DNA from: an uncultured Christensenellaceae bacterium
GTDB lineage: Bacteria; Bacillota; Clostridia; Christensenellales; UBA1242
NCBI GenBank assembly: GCA_910587225.1
Contig: CAJULT010000001.1
Span: 42,753-106,752, forward strand
Direction: 5' to 3'
DNA length: 64,000 nucleotides
In this document: in pieces, positions 47,395 to 56,605 of the stretch
Layout of the letters: every line of letters starts with the position of its first letter
How positions within the stretch are numbered: position 1 is the stretch's first letter
The notes under the pieces: model-generated
The model's input: the letters and a program-made list of their open reading frames with translations, nothing else
The model's database searches: none
Told to the model about the DNA's origin: nothing
Position numbers and translations under genes: made by a program

Positions 47395-47928
47395 TTGAAA
47401 AATAAAAAATTTCCAGTTTCAGCGATAATAGCTATTTGTGTTGCTGTTGGTGCTTTTGGACTGGATATTCTTACAAAATATATTGTAGAGGCAAATTTGG
47501 CGGTAGGGCAGTCCGCTTCTTTTATTCCCGGCTTTATTGGTTTTCTATTTGATTATAATGACGGTGCTGGTTTTAGCATTCTTTCGGGAAAGCGAGCGCT
47601 ATTGATTATATTTTCCATCGTTATTTTAGTAGTAATTATCACTTTCTTTGTATTAAAGCTAGTCAAATCACCTATTAAAGTATCAAAAACGCTAGGCTGG
47701 GCTATAGGACTTATCGGGGGCGGCTGTCTTGGCAATCTTTATGACCGTATTGTTATAGGACAAGTGCGTGACTTTATTAATCTTGAATTTATGCGTTTTC
47801 CTATCTTTAATCTTGCTGATACTGCACTTACTATTGGTATGATTGTGTTATTTGTTTACCTGATTTTTATATATCCGAAAGAAGAAAAGAAGGCAAAGGA
47901 AATTAAAGAAAACAAGGAGGACAAATGA
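47395..47928 (+). CDS. lspA: Lipoprotein signal peptidase II
   Basis: TTG at 47395 after an AAGGGG RBS. NDGAGFS and FNLAD motifs, four TM segments, lspA-rluD synteny. Confidence 0.85.
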   Translation: MKNKKFPVSAIIAICVAVGAFGLDILTKYIVEANLAVGQSASFIPGFIGFLFDYNDGAGFSILSGKRALLIIFSIVILVVIITFFVLKLVKSPIKVSKTLGWAIGLIGGGCLGNLYDRIVIGQVRDFINLEFMRFPIFNLADTALTIGMIVLFVYLIFIYPKEEKKAKEIKENKEDK

Positions 47929-48815
47929 CAGAAAAATTTGTTATCTCTTGTGAAGAAGTCGGTCAGCGACTTGATAGGGTGTTTTGTAACCACTTTCCAG
48001 AGTTTACCCGGGCGCATGTTAAAAATTTAATTGATGATGGCAAACTATTTTTGGATGGTAAAGTAGTTAAAGCTGGACAAGCTGTAAAAGAAGGACAGGA
48101 AGTTGTTTGCGAAATAGAGGAAGTTAAACCGCTTGATGCGCAACCTGAGGATATTGATTTTGAAATCGTTTATGAAGATGAAGATCTAATTGTAATAAAT
48201 AAACCGCAAGGGTTGGTTGTTCATCCTTGCGCCTCTACCAAAAGTGGAACGCTTGTTAACGGGCTTTTGTATCGCATAAAAGATTTATCTGGAATAAATG
48301 GCATTCTTCGTCCCGGAATTGTACATAGACTTGACAAAAACACCTCGGGGCTTATGGTGGTTGCCAAGAATGACATGGCACATGTTAGCCTTGCGGAGCA
48401 GATAAAAAATAAAACTTGTAAGCGAAAATATAAAGCACTACTTGAAGGCAATTTAAAAAACGACGAAGGTGACATAGAAACCTATCTTGATAGGAGCAAA
48501 AGCGACCGAAAGAAAATGGCAGTTTCGGACAAGGGCAAGCTTGCAATAACTCATTATCGTGTACTTGAAAGATATCCTAAAACATGTCTTGTTGAGTTTG
48601 AACTTAAAACGGGTAGAACTCATCAAATTAGAGTGCATGCGAAAATGCTTGGGCATCCAGTTGTTGGCGACCCGGAGTACGGACATGCTGTTAAAGGGTT
48701 AATGGGACAACAACTGCATTCGTACAGTTTGACTTTTATTCATCCGCGAACTAAAAAAGAAATGCATTTTGAAATAGACACACCTTTTCAGCGAAGAAGG
48801 AAGAGTGAAGAATGA
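47925..48815 (+). CDS. rluD: 23S rRNA pseudouridine synthase RluD
   Basis: S4 domain followed by HRLDKNTSGLMVVAKN and GRTHQIRVH. Confidence 0.9.
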   Translation: MTEKFVISCEEVGQRLDRVFCNHFPEFTRAHVKNLIDDGKLFLDGKVVKAGQAVKEGQEVVCEIEEVKPLDAQPEDIDFEIVYEDEDLIVINKPQGLVVHPCASTKSGTLVNGLLYRIKDLSGINGILRPGIVHRLDKNTSGLMVVAKNDMAHVSLAEQIKNKTCKRKYKALLEGNLKNDEGDIETYLDRSKSDRKKMAVSDKGKLAITHYRVLERYPKTCLVEFELKTGRTHQIRVHAKMLGHPVVGDPEYGHAVKGLMGQQLHSYSLTFIHPRTKKEMHFEIDTPFQRRRKSEE

Positions 48816-48834
48816 AGATTTTATAAAAAAACAG

Positions 48835-48862
48835 CCGAGTGGCTGTTTTTTTGTTATCTTTG
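48835..48862. terminator. Bidirectional terminator
   Basis: AACAGCC-gagt-GGCTGTT flanked by A and T runs. Confidence 0.75.
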
Positions 48863-49249
48863 AATTTCGGTAATGCCAACGTGGCGTTTCTTGCGCTCTG
48901 CTTCAATTGTGTTTGAAACAAGGTCACGCACTTCGTAAGGGTGGCTAACTTTACGAAGGTGGAAAAGTGGTGCGCTTTCGTCGTTACTATAAATGGCAAT
49001 AGTACCAGTTCTAAAAATTTTATCAGCAAGAGAAATGTGAAGGTTTACGTCGTAGCATCTATATGCGTTGATTTCGTCAATAATAGCAGACAAAAAGCCT
49101 TTATGACGGAAAAATTTAACCCATTTAATTTCTCCATTTTCATCCTTCTTTTGTACTAAATAATATCTATAAAATGATATTGGCAATCCGAAGTGTCTTT
49201 TTCTGTCATGCCAAATTACCTCTGCGCCTTTTTCAAATCTCATAGTCAT
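48854..49249 (-). CDS. Bacterial PH-domain (bPH_2/YdbT-like) protein
   Basis: HFGLPISFYRY...YRCYDVNL...IFRTGTIAIYSNDESAP...HPYEVRDL fits the bPH_2 pattern as I remember it. Confidence 0.65.
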   Translation of the reverse strand: MTMRFEKGAEVIWHDRKRHFGLPISFYRYYLVQKKDENGEIKWVKFFRHKGFLSAIIDEINAYRCYDVNLHISLADKIFRTGTIAIYSNDESAPLFHLRKVSHPYEVRDLVSNTIEAERKKRHVGITEIQR

Positions 49250-49306
49250 CCTCCTAAACTTATCTTTATTTTATACGAAATTCATTAAAAAGTAAAGAGT
49301 TTTTAT

Positions 49307-49338
49307 AAAAAAAAGAGGCAGAAACTGCCTCTTTTTTT
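49307..49338. terminator. Bidirectional terminator
   Basis: AGAGGCA-gaaac-TGCCTCT flanked by A8 and T7 runs. Confidence 0.75.
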
Positions 49339-49352
49339 GATTTTTAAACTTT

Positions 49353-49544
49353 TTAGCATCTATTTCCGCAAGTGCCGCCGCATCCGCAAAGTATAAGCAT
49401 GAGTAAGATGAGGGTGCATGGGTCACAGCCACAAGTGCCGTTTCCACCGCAAAGGCATTGCAATAAAAGAATGAGAATAATTAGAGTGCAAGGATCGCAG
49501 CCGCAGCCACCATTGCCATTGCAACCATTGTTAAAAAAGTTCAT
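49353..49544 (-). CDS. Tiny Cys/Gly-rich hydrophobic protein (63 aa) with an internal duplication
   Basis: AGGAGGAAAAAA RBS. Two units are present: GCGCDPCTLIILILLLQC and TCGCDPCTLILLMLILC. Confidence 0.65.
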   Translation of the reverse strand: MNFFNNGCNGNGGCGCDPCTLIILILLLQCLCGGNGTCGCDPCTLILLMLILCGCGGTCGNRC

Positions 49545-49836
49545 TTTTTCCTCCTAAGAATTTCCTATGTAATTTGTGGGGCTTAAATTGCCTACACATT
49601 AACATACTATTTATTCGTCACTTTTTTTGTGCGTGATTTAGAGGAAAAATTTAATTTATTTTTCGACAAAACAAGTGTTTTTTCTTTCGCATATTAAATG
49701 CACTTGTCCACAAAATATTTTTGTCTTTCAGGACGAAAACAGTTGACAATAAACGAAAAATAAGGTAAACTTAAAAAGATTATATTGGTAGGCTGTCGCT
49801 ATGTGGCGACTGCCACTAAAATTGCGAGGTTTATAT

Positions 49837-52800
49837 ATGACTAAAATCAAAAAAACTAAGGGGAAAATCTATAAAGGCGCTATGTTTGCTTTGGCTTCTG
49901 TTATGGCTACTTCAATGCTGCCAACAAACGCTTTGGCATCGCTTGCTGCTTGGACAGGTCCAACAACAAAAGCTAGTGCAAACAGCATAGTTTTAAGAGG
50001 GGACAACATTCAAAAGAATGTTATTCTTGGTAACACCTATACAATTCCTAAGGCAGAGTATACCGCTGATGGAAGCACTTATAATGATGTGACTAACATT
50101 AGAGTTACTTACAAAAACACCAACGACGAGGCTAAACTTTCAGATGATAAAAAATCATTCAAGCCAACCCGCGTGGGTACTTATGTGATTGAGTATACTT
50201 ACGGTGCTTACACATTCAATTATGAAATCAACTGCGAAGTTTCTGGTGCATACTTTGAATTTGATGATTTTGATTATGTTATGCCTTCAGTTTACGACCT
50301 TGGAATTTTGAAAGATAAAGAGTACTATGATGTTTATCTTCCGACCCCAGCTGTTTATGACGAAAATGACAAACTTGTAAAAGAAACTGTTAAAGAAACG
50401 ACAGATAGTGGTGAAGTAGAAAAAGAGGTTGATCTTCCATACTATACTGATTTTGTGGAAGCTGCTACAAAGTCTGACAACTTTGTTGTTATCAGCGTCG
50501 CTGGTAGAGAAGGTGTTAAGATTGATGAAGAGGAAGGCAAGTTTAAAATTGCCGGCAAAGCCACCGATGAGGCCTCGTCAGAAGAATATGGTCTTAGCGT
50601 TTGGGGAGTTGGTAACTACACAGTGACTTACTCATTCTACAGAAACGACTCATTCATTACTTCTACCGAAAAGACATTTGAAGTTAGCGACAAGTACTAT
50701 ACAGACAAGGATGGCAAGAGTGGTTACACATTAAACACTACTTGGGGAACAACTCCTTTCACAACTGCAAATACTGGTGTGAAGAAGGAACTTCCTACTA
50801 TCAAAGGACAAACAAGTGCTACTGATAGTCCTGCTACAACTGAAATTCCAGTTTCATACAGCGTTCATATTTTCCACAAGGAAGATGGCAAGTATGTTGA
50901 CAGAACTAATGATGAAGATGGTGAGCCTCTCGCTCTTGTAAAAGAGTATGGCAAACTTTACTTTATGCCATACGCTGATGGTGATTATAAAATCCAATAC
51001 ACAGTTGAAGATTTCTATGGAAATAAAGCTAAAGTTGAAAACACTACTTTCTATGTAGATAAAGTTAAAGACCAACAGCTTCCTACCGTTTACGTTTATG
51101 ACGCTAACGGTGGCTATGACGAAGCAACCAACACTTATACAAGTGCTAAAAACAAAATGCTTTCTGCAAGCGGGAATAAGAATATTGTAATTTACGCTAT
51201 CGGCGCTACTGATAACGCATCTACAAATATCGAACTTACAAGAGTTATTCGTCAGCCTGGTTCAACCCGTGTTACAATTTCAGACTATGCTGATAAAAAC
51301 TTAATTTTCAGTTATACCAACGCAAGAGAGTTTGTAGCTTCAAACTTTGCAATTAAGCGCGAAATGCTTAAAGGTGATGATAAGGTAACTGATTTGACAG
51401 ATGATACTCAGGTTCAAACTTGGCTTAGAAATCATAATTATCTAATTGTCACTGGCAATCTTAAGAAAAACCCTATAACTGGCGCGGATTTAGTTTGGCC
51501 AGAAGGAACTTTCGATAAAGATGGCAACCCTGTTGACCTTCCTGCGATGAAGGCAGAACTTGAAAAGCAAGGCTTTGCTTATGTGGTAAATGGTGATTAC
51601 GAATTCAAAGATACTACTTACACTATTGTTTATCGCGCACGCGACGAATATGCTATTGAGAAGGGTGATAAGGCAGAAATTTCTTGTGAAATGATTATTT
51701 CTACCGATTCATACACAGATTCAATTGCTCCTGTTGTAACTGGACCTAAAAATCTTCAAAACACCTATCTTCCAGAAGATGTTATTGAATTTAGTGATTT
51801 GAGTGCAAACGACACTGACTCTCAAATGGATAAAGTAGTACTTTACAGATACCTTAATTCTGGTAAAGCGCCTATCGAAAGCGGTGAAACCACACTTGAA
51901 TTTGATTACTCTAAGACAAATGACTTTACTAAACCTAACGGCGAACAAATTAGCGTTGATGAACTTTGGGATGGAACTGCTACTTCTAAATGGTATAAGT
52001 TAGACCTTGAAAAGGGCAAGACTAAATATACTATTGACCTTGCAAATAAGGTTGATGGCGCACAATATGTTCAGTTGTACATCTATGCAGTTGATGACTT
52101 CGGCAATGTAGGTTCTTGGACTAAGACAATGCGCATTGCTCAAACTAACGATGAGGCAGCACCTGTACTTTACAAGGTAGAGAAGCCTACAAACGTGCTT
52201 GAGCAGGGTAATGAAATTATTCTTCCAACCCTTTACTACGCTGATGACTATGCTGACTATATGTCTTCACAAGTATATGTTTACCATGTGTCTTCAGAAG
52301 GCGAAAAGAAACTTGTAACAAGTTACAACATGTCACCTGAAGCAAACGCTTACAACCAAACCTTTATCCTCAAAGCTGGTGCTTTCCGTGCTTCTTATGC
52401 AGGAAAATATGAGGTAGTTGTAGTTGCGAAAGATAGTGCTAATCACCAAATCGCAACATACTTTGATTACACAGTTACTGGTGAATCTTATGTTGAAGAT
52501 ATAGAGATTGACAATATCACTTCTGAAACAATTACTTTGAGAGTGGGAGAAAAACAATATCTTACCGAACCTACATTATCAATTAGCGGAAGCTCACAAT
52601 ATGGTTATGTAGGAATTGATAGCGATGACGATGCAAACACAGCTTCTTACTATACTGTAAATGCAGTTTCTTCAGAAACTCCAAACTTCCAACTTGAAAC
52701 TCACTATTTCAGTGCAACAAGCAAGGGCAAATATGAAATTCAATATAATGTATTCCTTGTTAGATATGAGAAGAGCGAGTTAGAGGCGGGCGGTCACCTT

Positions 52801-53883
52801 GAACTTGTTGACGGCAGACTTTACTTTAAAGACGGCGGAAATAAATATCTTGTTTTCGTAGATAAAACAGTTGACACAGATGGTAACGAAAGCTATGTAC
52901 TTAGAGTCAATACAAACTCTTGGGCAGACAAATCTTCTGATGTTGCTGAAAGCAAGTATTCTTCATACCTTAAATTTGAAACTCGTCAAAGTAAAGTGCA
53001 GACTATCAATGTAACTGATACTGATAAACCAATCCCTCACATTAACTTTGATAAGATTAAAGCTTCTTATGAAAATACTGGAAGCTGGATTGTAGTACCT
53101 AGAATTGAGGCTTCTACACTCAATGCACAAGGACTTCATCCTACAAAGTCTTATGTGACAATCACAGTTCAGAAGCCAACAGGCACTGATACCTTAGCAA
53201 AAATTGAAATGGGTAATTGGGAAAGTTCAAGTCTCTTTGTGAAAGCTGATACTGCTGATGCTGACCTTAAAGACGGACAAACCAAAGGGGAACTTAACTT
53301 ACACCTTGAAGAAAACGGAACTTACACTATCAAATATCACCTTGAAGATTATTCAGGCAACTATGATGAAAGTGCAGTTAAGACTATTTCAAATGGTGAC
53401 GTAGTTAAACCTACAATCACTCCACAAACTGGTTACCTTAAAAACCAAGACGGTAAAGTGATGAAGAAGGATGAATACAAAGTTGGCGACAGCATTGTAA
53501 TCGACCTTAGCAAAATTGACCTTGTAGATAAGGGTGGCTCTGATAGAGATTACCTTCTCAGCAAGCTCAAAATTACCTGTGAAAATACAGACATTAATGA
53601 AACTGTATCAAACAGCGGAAACGAAAATGAAATGACTTGGAACTTCAAGATCAAAGCCGCTGGAAAATACAAGATTACAATTACTACCGAGGATGAACAC
53701 AAGTGGACAGCTACCTATACTGAAAATATCACAGTATCGGGCGCAAACAATGATTCAGTTCCTGTTTACAAGACAATCGGAACAATCCTTATTGTAATCT
53801 CATGCGTACTTCTTGTTGGTATAGTTGCTTACTTCGTAGTTTCAAAAGTTAAACAAGACAAGAAAAAGAAATTAAAGAGGTAA
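49837..53883 (+). CDS. Large cell-surface protein: signal peptide, about 9 or more Ig-like repeats, C-terminal TM anchor
   Basis: ATG at 49837 after a GAGG RBS. Signal peptide ...MLPTNALA. The G-x-Y-x-[IV]-x-Y...D..GN pattern recurs. The C terminus is IGTILIVISCVLLVGIVAYFVV followed by a KKKK stop-transfer. Confidence 0.8.
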   Translation: MTKIKKTKGKIYKGAMFALASVMATSMLPTNALASLAAWTGPTTKASANSIVLRGDNIQKNVILGNTYTIPKAEYTADGSTYNDVTNIRVTYKNTNDEAKLSDDKKSFKPTRVGTYVIEYTYGAYTFNYEINCEVSGAYFEFDDFDYVMPSVYDLGILKDKEYYDVYLPTPAVYDENDKLVKETVKETTDSGEVEKEVDLPYYTDFVEAATKSDNFVVISVAGREGVKIDEEEGKFKIAGKATDEASSEEYGLSVWGVGNYTVTYSFYRNDSFITSTEKTFEVSDKYYTDKDGKSGYTLNTTWGTTPFTTANTGVKKELPTIKGQTSATDSPATTEIPVSYSVHIFHKEDGKYVDRTNDEDGEPLALVKEYGKLYFMPYADGDYKIQYTVEDFYGNKAKVENTTFYVDKVKDQQLPTVYVYDANGGYDEATNTYTSAKNKMLSASGNKNIVIYAIGATDNASTNIELTRVIRQPGSTRVTISDYADKNLIFSYTNAREFVASNFAIKREMLKGDDKVTDLTDDTQVQTWLRNHNYLIVTGNLKKNPITGADLVWPEGTFDKDGNPVDLPAMKAELEKQGFAYVVNGDYEFKDTTYTIVYRARDEYAIEKGDKAEISCEMIISTDSYTDSIAPVVTGPKNLQNTYLPEDVIEFSDLSANDTDSQMDKVVLYRYLNSGKAPIESGETTLEFDYSKTNDFTKPNGEQISVDELWDGTATSKWYKLDLEKGKTKYTIDLANKVDGAQYVQLYIYAVDDFGNVGSWTKTMRIAQTNDEAAPVLYKVEKPTNVLEQGNEIILPTLYYADDYADYMSSQVYVYHVSSEGEKKLVTSYNMSPEANAYNQTFILKAGAFRASYAGKYEVVVVAKDSANHQIATYFDYTVTGESYVEDIEIDNITSETITLRVGEKQYLTEPTLSISGSSQYGYVGIDSDDDANTASYYTVNAVSSETPNFQLETHYFSATSKGKYEIQYNVFLVRYEKSELEAGGHLELVDGRLYFKDGGNKYLVFVDKTVDTDGNESYVLRVNTNSWADKSSDVAESKYSSYLKFETRQSKVQTINVTDTDKPIPHINFDKIKASYENTGSWIVVPRIEASTLNAQGLHPTKSYVTITVQKPTGTDTLAKIEMGNWESSSLFVKADTADADLKDGQTKGELNLHLEENGTYTIKYHLEDYSGNYDESAVKTISNGDVVKPTITPQTGYLKNQDGKVMKKDEYKVGDSIVIDLSKIDLVDKGGSDRDYLLSKLKITCENTDINETVSNSGNENEMTWNFKIKAAGKYKITITTEDEHKWTATYTENITVSGANNDSVPVYKTIGTILIVISCVLLVGIVAYFVVSKVKQDKKKKLKR

Positions 53884-53886
53884 AAT

Positions 53887-53914
53887 AAAAAGAAGGTTTT
53901 AAACCTTCTTTTTT
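53887..53914 (+). terminator. Terminator of the surface protein gene
   Basis: AGAAGGTTT-AAACCTTCT palindrome followed by a T run. Confidence 0.7.
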
Positions 53915-53945
53915 GTTGTAAAATTAAGATTTTATTCCTTTTTTC

Positions 53946-53974
53946 TTGACTTATTAATCTATTTATGTTATATT
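53946..53974 (+). promoter_or_regulatory. rplU operon promoter TTGACT-17-TATATT
   Basis: Hexamers at 53946-53951 and 53969-53974. Confidence 0.55.
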
Positions 53975-54056
53975 ATCAGCGTATCCGCATGTAAAGGGTT
54001 TTTTAAGTCCTTCTAGGCACCCCGGGCAGCGAGTTTGGTTAGAGGAGGTAAAGATT
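53975..54056 (+). promoter_or_regulatory. Candidate ribosomal protein L21 leader
   Basis: An ~80-nt 5' UTR before rplU-prp-rpmA, where the Firmicute L21 leader is known to reside. The sequence was not matched to a covariance model. Confidence 0.35.
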
Positions 54057-54365
54057 ATGTTTGCTATTGTACAGACCGGTGGAAAGCAGTATAAAGTAAG
54101 TGAGAACGATGTTATCAGCGTTGAAAAGCTTGATAATGCTGTTGGCGACAAAGTTAAACTTGAAGTCATTTTAGTAAGTGACAATGGACAAGTTGTTGCT
54201 GGAAACCCTGTTGTAGCTGGCGCAGAGTGCGTTGCAGAAGTAGTTGCTCATGGCAAAGGCGACAAGATTGTCGTTTTCAAATACAAGCCAAAGAAGAACG
54301 AGCGTAAAAAGCAAGGTCACAGACAGCCATTTACACAACTTAAAATTTTGTCTATAAAGAAGTAA
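54057..54365 (+). CDS. rplU: 50S ribosomal protein L21
   Basis: MFAIVQTGGKQYKV. Confidence 0.97.
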   Translation: MFAIVQTGGKQYKVSENDVISVEKLDNAVGDKVKLEVILVSDNGQVVAGNPVVAGAECVAEVVAHGKGDKIVVFKYKPKKNERKKQGHRQPFTQLKILSIKK

Positions 54366-54369
54366 ATCA

Positions 54370-54693
54370 ATGACAAAAATAACTTTTTATAAAAAAGAAA
54401 ATATCTTCACAGGATTTGAAGTGAAAGGGCATACTGGAAAGGCAGAGCGTGGCAATGACCTATTATGTTGCCAAATATCGACTGCAGCGCAGTTTGTGGC
54501 GACAGGGGTGCTTGAACACATTAAGACTGCTTTTGTCGAGATAAGCGACGGTTATCTAAAAGTTAAATTAGATATTAAAGACGCAAAAAGGCAGGACATG
54601 AAATGCCTTATGACAACCGCTTATTCATCCTTTCAATCGATTATCCTTGGAGAAGAAAAATTTGCAAAAATGGAGGTACAAAATGATTTTTAA
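54370..54693 (+). CDS. prp: Ribosomal-processing cysteine protease Prp
   Basis: [18 protein letters not shown]. Lies between rplU and rpmA. Confidence 0.85.
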   Translation: MTKITFYKKENIFTGFEVKGHTGKAERGNDLLCCQISTAAQFVATGVLEHIKTAFVEISDGYLKVKLDIKDAKRQDMKCLMTTAYSSFQSIILGEEKFAKMEVQNDF

Positions 54694-54958
54694 GTTTGAC
54701 GCTCAACTTTTCGCTCATAAAAAGGGCGGTGGTAGTACTAAAAACGGTCGTGAATCTCAAAGCAAAAGACTTGGTGTTAAAGCCTACGCTGGTGAACATG
54801 TTACAGCTGGCTCAATCATAATCAGACAACGTGGAACTAAGGTTTATCCGGGTGAAAATGTTGGACTTGGTAAAGACTATACACTTTTTGCGCTTTGCGA
54901 CGGAACTGTTAAGTTCGACACCAAAAATGCGAAAAAGATTGTTAGCATTGTTAAATAA
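54683..54958 (+). CDS. rpmA: 50S ribosomal protein L27 with an N-terminal propeptide
   Basis: ATG at 54683 after a [19 protein letters not shown] / [12 protein letters not shown] carries a Prp cleavage-type motif. Confidence 0.93.
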   Translation: MIFKFDAQLFAHKKGGGSTKNGRESQSKRLGVKAYAGEHVTAGSIIIRQRGTKVYPGENVGLGKDYTLFALCDGTVKFDTKNAKKIVSIVK

Positions 54959-54963
54959 CCATA

Positions 54964-54987
54964 AGCGTGGAAAGTCCACGCTTTTTG
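54964..54987 (+). terminator. rpmA terminator
   Basis: AGCGTGG-aaagt-CCACGCT followed by T5. Confidence 0.75.
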
Positions 54988-55001
54988 TTTAAGAGGTACA
55001 A

Positions 55002-55826
55002 ATGAATTATAAAGTTCAAAGTGACAGAATTCAAATTTTAGATAAGGTTGATTTCAACCCTGAGCATATTTTAGAGTGTGGTCAGGTTTTTTCCTTTCAT
55101 AAAGAGGGAAATGTTTACAAGGTATATCCATCTAGTAAGTATGCTGAGATTGTGGAAACTGAAAAAGGCTATGACATTATTACAAAGGATGTGAAGTATT
55201 TTATTGAATATTTTGACCTTAACACCGATTATAGCAAGATAAAGAAAGATCTTTCAAAATTTGAAATTTTAAAAGAGCCAATGGCTTTTGGAAGTGGAAT
55301 CCGCATTTTAAAGCAGGACTTATTTGAAGTTTTGATTTCGTTTATAATATCAGCAAACAACAATATTAAAAGAATAAAACACATTTTAAACGACATTAGG
55401 GCAGCTATTGGGCAGAAGACTGAGTATGGCTACGCGTTTCCGACTTATGAGCAACTTTTAGCGCAAGATGAAGCATTCTTTGCGAGCATGGGTGCTGGGT
55501 ACAGAGCGAAATATCTTTTTAATACATTGCGACAGATTACGCCTGATATGCTTGACGAATGGAGAAAGCTGGATACTATATCACTGCAAAAGAAGCTTCT
55601 TAGTTTATTTGGTGTTGGCCCAAAAGTTGCAGATTGTGTTTTGCTATTCGGATATGGACGGGGAGATGCCTTTCCGGTAGATACTTGGATACATAAGGTA
55701 TATAACAGATATTATCCGCCGCTTGACAATCGAACTACTATTCATAACAATCTTATTGCTCAGTTTGGCTCTCTTTCTGGCTATGCTCAGCAGTACTTAT
55801 TTTACTATCAAAGAAGTGAAAACTAA
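55002..55826 (+). CDS. ogg: 8-oxoguanine DNA glycosylase / HhH-GPD family
   Basis: LFGVGPKVADCVLLFGYGRGDAFPVDTW is a HhH-GPD motif with the catalytic Lys and Asp. Confidence 0.8.
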   Translation: MNYKVQSDRIQILDKVDFNPEHILECGQVFSFHKEGNVYKVYPSSKYAEIVETEKGYDIITKDVKYFIEYFDLNTDYSKIKKDLSKFEILKEPMAFGSGIRILKQDLFEVLISFIISANNNIKRIKHILNDIRAAIGQKTEYGYAFPTYEQLLAQDEAFFASMGAGYRAKYLFNTLRQITPDMLDEWRKLDTISLQKKLLSLFGVGPKVADCVLLFGYGRGDAFPVDTWIHKVYNRYYPPLDNRTTIHNNLIAQFGSLSGYAQQYLFYYQRSEN

Positions 55827-55961
55827 CCGCGCTCTGCGGTTTTTATTTTTAAAAAGTGATATGTCATAATCTCATTGTCAGTATAAGACAGTGAGACTTT
55901 TTTTATAGGTTCGTCTTATAATGACGAGCCTATTTTTTTGTTTAAAAGGAGGTGATGACAT

Positions 55962-56183
55962 TTGGTTAAAAAGAACGAAAGAGAGTCAGATGCAGTTAAA
56001 CAAGAAAAATATATTGGCTTTTACCTTGACATTGATATTTGCAACAAAATTGGCGTTTTGGCAGATCTCAAGACCAGTAAGACTGGAGTCAAGCATTCAC
56101 AAAGCGATATATTGCGACTTGCTGTAAATGACCTTTTAAAGAAAAATGGACTATTAGCGACATCCGACCAAGAACACGACTAA
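55962..56183 (+). CDS. Ribbon-helix-helix (CopG/Arc-like) DNA-binding protein
   Basis: TTG start after a GGAGGTGA RBS. KYIGFYLDIDICNKIGVLA...SQSDILRLAVNDLL has an RHH pattern. Confidence 0.55.
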   Translation: MVKKNERESDAVKQEKYIGFYLDIDICNKIGVLADLKTSKTGVKHSQSDILRLAVNDLLKKNGLLATSDQEHD

Positions 56184-56290
56184 TAATCCACAACGAGTTT
56201 GCTAACCAAAAAATGTTAATCAACTCCTTTTTAGTTTAGCACACTCACAATTAAAAATCAAAAATTTTAAGTAAAAAGTGAGGAAAAATT

Positions 56291-56605
56291 ATGGAATTTA
56301 AGAAAGAACTAGGAGAAATGCTCCTAACATTATCAACTAAGTTAGTTGAAGAAGAAATGAAAACTGAAAATGATACAGAATTGAAATCGCTTTATGAACA
56401 AGCAAAAGAACTTCAAAGCAAATTTGAGAAATATGCCTCAAGTTTAGAGCCAAGCAAAGAAACATTTAGCAAGTTAATGAATTTGGACATTACAATTACA
56501 AATATTCATCAATCACTGAATGAGAAGATTAGTGCTTCAAGAAAGTCTATTATGAAAGATTTTGTTGAAGATGTTGTAAAGGAAGGTGATGAAGATGGAG
56601 AATAA
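56291..56605 (+). CDS. Phage hypothetical coiled-coil protein
   Basis: GAGGAAAAATT RBS. 104 aa, helical and acidic. Confidence 0.6.
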   Translation: MEFKKELGEMLLTLSTKLVEEEMKTENDTELKSLYEQAKELQSKFEKYASSLEPSKETFSKLMNLDITITNIHQSLNEKISASRKSIMKDFVEDVVKEGDEDGE

